Source: Amphiscolops sp. MND2022
Lineage: Eukaryota
DNA length: 64,000 nucleotides
Assembly: GCA_964187785.1 (NCBI GenBank)
Contig: OZ076414.1
Location: 53,010,001-53,074,000 of the forward strand
Reading direction: 5' to 3'
Made by a program: the position numbers and the translations under genes. The stretch's first letter is position 1. Each line of letters starts with the position of its first letter. The notes beneath the pieces were generated by a model. That model had not been told where the DNA came from, ran no database searches, and saw only the letters and a program-made list of their open reading frames with translations. Shown here one piece after another: positions 59,801 through 64,000 of this stretch.

Positions 59801-62026
59801 ACGTGCAGAAGCTACAAACGAACGACAGCAAACATCAACACCGCAGTTCGTTGCTATCACAACAAAATTCAGTTCGCACTTACCAACTTAAAGACAATCA
59901 CAGCCAAAGCAAAGAAATGGATTTGAAAACAATCGAATTGATAGAAAAACAAGACCCTTCAGCAGAAACTTTGAAATTGACAACCAGATGGAAGGAAATT
60001 ACGAAACCTGGAGATTATCGTTACACACAGGGGCAATGGAAAAGTACAATCCCCCAAGAACATTAAAAGCTGAGCAGAAAAAGAAAGAAATTGAACTCTG
60101 GCAAAGAAAAAACAATATTCTCTGGCAAAGAATGGAGGGAATAGTAAACACCGACTCTCCCGACGAAATTGAACGAAGAAAAGAGTTCCACAGAGCAATC
60201 TACAAAATAAGGAACTGGCAACGCAACGAAACCGGTCAGGGAAGAAACACGAACAGAAGTAGAAATACCGGAAATCGGAGACACCGAAACAATGTCGTCC
60301 GGTTGGGAAAACACCATTGCGGTACCGGCAATAAACTTCAAACGCTACCTGGGAGCAACCGGTGTTAGATATATAAACATGGGAAAAGCAAACAAAATCC
60401 AACAAAACAACGAGTGGGACCTGGAAGACACTGTTCGCCAAGTGGAACAAAAATTTGCAACAGACTTGAAAACAATCGCAGGCGAAACGACGAACGATGA
60501 GAAACTGTTAAAAACCCTCGTATGTATATAAAGAAAATCACACGAACAAATGCCGGAAGAATATAAAGAGTACAAAAACCACTTGTCGACAAGATTTGGA
60601 GTCGTCTTTAACGACGACAAAATAATCATCCCGCAAGCCCTGAGAAGAACAATCATAACACTATTACACAAAGGACACCCGGCGATTAACAAGATTTCCG
60701 CAGCTGCAAAACCGTTTTGGTGGTCAAAACTGACGAAAGAAATAAAAAACAAGTGCGATGAATGCATACCATGCAAAATGGCAGGTAAGTCCATTAAACC
60801 ACAAATTCCAATGTCAGAAAAATAACTATCTACCACCGGCCGATAAAATTAATCAAGAAATCCAATTGGATGTCATCGGACCAATAAGATTTAAGCAGCG
60901 GAGATTTTATATACTATTCTCAATCGACCGGTATAGTAGATGGCCGGCGGCATGCATATGCGAAGCACCCACTGGGAAAACCGCAAAAACTTTTCTAGAA
61001 CAAAACATTCTACTAAATGGTATCCCACAAACGATTAGAACGGACAAAGGCACGGCCTTTACCGGAAATGAATTCAGAACAGCATGCAAAAGGCTGAATA
61101 TAAAACTAATATATGGTACGCCATATATTCATACGGCAACCGGATTGGTAGAAAGAGGCATAAAAACGCTGAAAGATTTGATGAAAACAAAACTGGAAAA
61201 TAAATGTACGGTAAGCGAAGCCTTAGGCCGATCATTAATGGTAATGCGTACAACGGTCCATTCAACAATAAAAGAAACACCGTTCGAAAGACATTACGGA
61301 AGAAAACCAAGAACGGAAATAACAAGCTACTTAAATTTACCAACGGACATAAATGAATTGGTTTCAGCACGACCGGAAACACTCCAGGTGTATTCATTCA
61401 ACAACGGCGATGGTGAATACGACCAATTGATAATGAAGGCCCCACGAAAACTGAAATGCAACGTTAGTAACAAATTCCCTTACCAATTCTTAGAGAAAAA
61501 GAAACAAAATAAAAACAAATTCGAAAGTAACTATGAAACAAAACCACAAACAGCTGTAGCGGGAAGAAAACATACAATAACCACGGATACGAACAAAATA
61601 ATACATCGAAAACTAATTAGTAAACCACTGCCTAATTCATTTCAGAATCCCCTATCGCGGAGGGGAGAAAAAAGAAGAGGACCAGACGGTAAATTCGCAA
61701 CACAAAAATCACCACCGACCGAAGAAGATACAGAAGACGAACTGGAGGAAACAGAGGAACAAGACCCAAGCACGCCAAACACGTCAATAGACACGCTTGA
61801 GGACAGCTTCGACTTCGCGGCACCAATACAGATAGGACGAGGAAGAGCCAAAACACAAGACAAGAAGGCAAAAATACCACGAGAAGGAAACCTAAAAATG
61901 CATGTGGAGAACATGAATGTAGAACAATTGCAACAGGCAATGGAGACAATCGATGAAAACCCGGACAACATAACAATAGTCGACAACAAAGGTAATAATG
62001 AAAATTACAACATAAAACTGAAATGA
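56858..62026 (+). pseudogene. gag-pol: gag-pol of array copy 3 (disrupted)
   Basis: Near-identical to copies 1-2; extra private lesions near 58090, 60209 and 60529. Confidence 0.92.
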
Positions 62027-62427
62027 TAGAACCAATACATAATAATAACAATAACAATAGCAACGTACAAGTCCGAAGATCAAATCGGATCAAAAACACT
62101 AATCCAATAATTAGACTAGGAAATCCAATTACATTCTGATATTTGCAGGAAACACCGTCGAGAAGATAAACAAGAGACAACCGGGAAAACCCACGGAAGA
62201 AAAAGGTTAACGGAGAGAAAAGACAGAAGAGAAAAGAATCGGAGGGAAAGCGAGGCATCAAAGATCACCACCGGTCGTAACGAAAACAACTTTCAAAACA
62301 CCAGTGCTCGATGCTAATTAAGTTCATATTATTCATTTGATAACCGAGTTTATGTACACGTATAGATGTACCAAATGTAAACATGTACCTACTTTTTGTT
62401 CTTATATTTGTTACCCAGAAGGGGGAA

Positions 62428-62587
62428 TGTGGAGTAAGGTCTAGAGGTCACAGTATTACGTAACCGTCTAACGTACCTGTCAAAACAATACTCAATCTGA
62501 ACGATTTAACTGTATTAGTATACCATATGATTTGAGACAATACAGTATTACCCTTCTTATCTTTTATCGAACATTGAGAATACAACA
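62428..62587 (+). repeat. Array LTR 4 (160 bp, variant B)
   Basis: TGTGGAG...TACAACA with CTGAACGATTTAACTGTAT. Confidence 0.93.
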
Positions 62588-62600
62588 TTTTCAAATTTAG

Positions 62601-62760
62601 AAGTTTTCAATATCCCTGTTTCATGGTAGTCGAGAGCCGGTGGGTCTACGAAGAAGAAGTTAGAATCGTGCACGGAGATTTCTCAAACACTGATATCTGG
62701 AATGTCAAGGATTATCCTTGCGCAGGCTACAAAATTCATTTCCTCTATAATCCAACCTTG
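62601..62760 (+). pseudogene. Possible trypsin-family protease fragment
   Basis: EVRIVHGDFS...KIHFLYNPT resembles the segment between the catalytic His and Asp of S1 proteases; no TAAHC motif was seen. Confidence 0.3.
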
Positions 62761-63547
62761 CAAGAAGGCCAGGGCGTGAAATCATGCAAGCTCTATAAAA
62801 AGTTAAACCAGCTAGAATTTCATTTCTAATGAAAATGTGGTGGAATTTGATCACGTTAACTTTTTTCATCTTCAAATCTTTGCAAGGAAATCGTGTAGTG
62901 GTTGAAGAATTCGACTTGTACAGTGCGGTTTCAAATCTGATTCTTTGAATTTAAATTTGGACGGTGGAAAAGGAGAAACACATTCAGTTTTGATAAAAAT
63001 AGTGTACGCTGCGTTGTAACAACTATTTTCTAAACATGCTCACGGCATTGTTCATGTTTTGTGAGAAAAATTATACTTCAATGCATTAAAAAAGCATGGA
63101 AGATTCCCCAGCTCAGATTCAACTAGGGGGATTCATCACTTTGGGACTACAGCTTCAAGTCTATCACTGCTTGATCACTTGGCTGGTATGGTACCCTGAA
63201 GGTCACTGACTTGGAAAAACACCTTCTTATTCGGCGTCCTAAGCGCAGAATTAGGAAAACTTTCTTCTTCCATAGTGAACTATAATCAGGCCTCCAACCC
63301 GATTTGGCATACCTACCGGAAATACAGATTTTTATGAATCATGGATAGAGATAAAACTCTCCGTGGTACCTCAATTTTGTTTTTTTTTATGCGAAGCAAA
63401 TTTGGACACTCTCAGGCAGCAAATGCTTCTTTGCCTTCTTTTCTCTTGCTCTAAGTTGTTTCGTTATCTCGTGATAGCCGAAAAAAACGTTGATATGCTT
63501 TTTTATCATCTTGGTTTTGATTTTCAAATAATTTATAATACCTCCAG

Positions 63548-64000
63548 TCACGCCCTTGGCATAGGCACCGGTCCCTATGATCTAGCTTTGGTAAAGTTAC
63601 AGCAACCAATAAACACAAGAAACCCTGGGAACATTTTTCTGAAACCATGTCAATATTTCAGTACCAGGAGAAAAAAACTACCATTTCGGGACTTTGATTG
63701 GCTTAGGATTGACCAATCAGAACCCAATCGAACCTAGTCAACAACTGATGGAAGTTCAGCTCAAGAGAGATAGGAGTTGCGGCAAGCATTACTCGATCGG
63801 GAACAACATTAATCCGTCATTGCAAGTTTGCTACTCTAATCCCGGTAGAGCAGCAGGTTGCATAGGGGACAGCGGAGGACCTCTGGTATTCAAAAAGAGT
63901 GGTAACCCTCTTTGCTTCATTGGTATCTTCAGCTACAGTAGCAGCCGTTGCGACAATTCAGACTATCCTAGCGTTTTTACCGGCAGTGTGTTCAAAGATT
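63548..64000 (+). CDS. Trypsin/chymotrypsin-like (S1) serine protease C-terminal part, with an apparent frameshift; 3'-partial
   Basis: GPYDLALVKL (catalytic Asp), then after a shift in the A7 run at 63671-63677 GTLIGLG...QVCY...GCIGDSGGPLVFKK...IGIFSY...PSVFT (catalytic Ser). Candidate acceptor CTCCAG at 63542-63547. Confidence 0.78.

Larger units (their letters stand above)
45158..62587 (+). mobile_element. Tandem trimer of a Mag-like Ty3/gypsy element (LTR-I-LTR-I-LTR-I-LTR)
   Basis: Four LTRs at 45158-45317, 50901-51079, 56665-56843 and 62428-62587. PBS TGGCGCAGT follows the first three and PPT AGAAGGGGGAA precedes the last three. One TSD, TTTTC (45153-45157 and 62588-62592). Unit lengths are 5743, 5764 and 5763 bp. 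Confidence 0.96.

Overview
AT-rich, intron-containing eukaryotic (animal-like) genomic DNA dominated by retroelements around one host gene. From left to right: (1) an apparently intact LINE on the minus strand (ORF1, plus an endonuclease-RT ORF2 running off the left edge); (2) a decayed Mag-type Ty3/gypsy element (6814-12626); (3) a minus-strand creatine kinase gene (at least 7 coding exons, 14713-41248) with an unusual in-frame N-terminal extension exon. Its last intron (17.2 kb) holds a complete 16.4-kb Ty3/gypsy element (15115-31505, 2.46-kb LTRs, ATAAT target-site duplication), and another intron holds a 1.54-kb solo LTR; (4) a tandem trimer of a Mag-type gypsy element sharing four LTRs inside a single TTTTC target-site duplication (45158-62587); (5) serine-protease remnants at the right edge. 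The best candidate for an undescribed system is the 5.5-kb accessory region of the 16.4-kb element. It carries an intact, predicted 8-exon, ~1,100-aa ANTISENSE gene that looks like a catalytically dead hAT-transposase derivative with an N-terminal zinc finger. It also carries a divergently oriented acidic ORF with a SUMO-interacting-motif-like N-terminus, separated from the antisense gene by a CRE/CCAAT-rich spacer. All exon models, alignments and family calls were made by eye and need computational and RNA confirmation.
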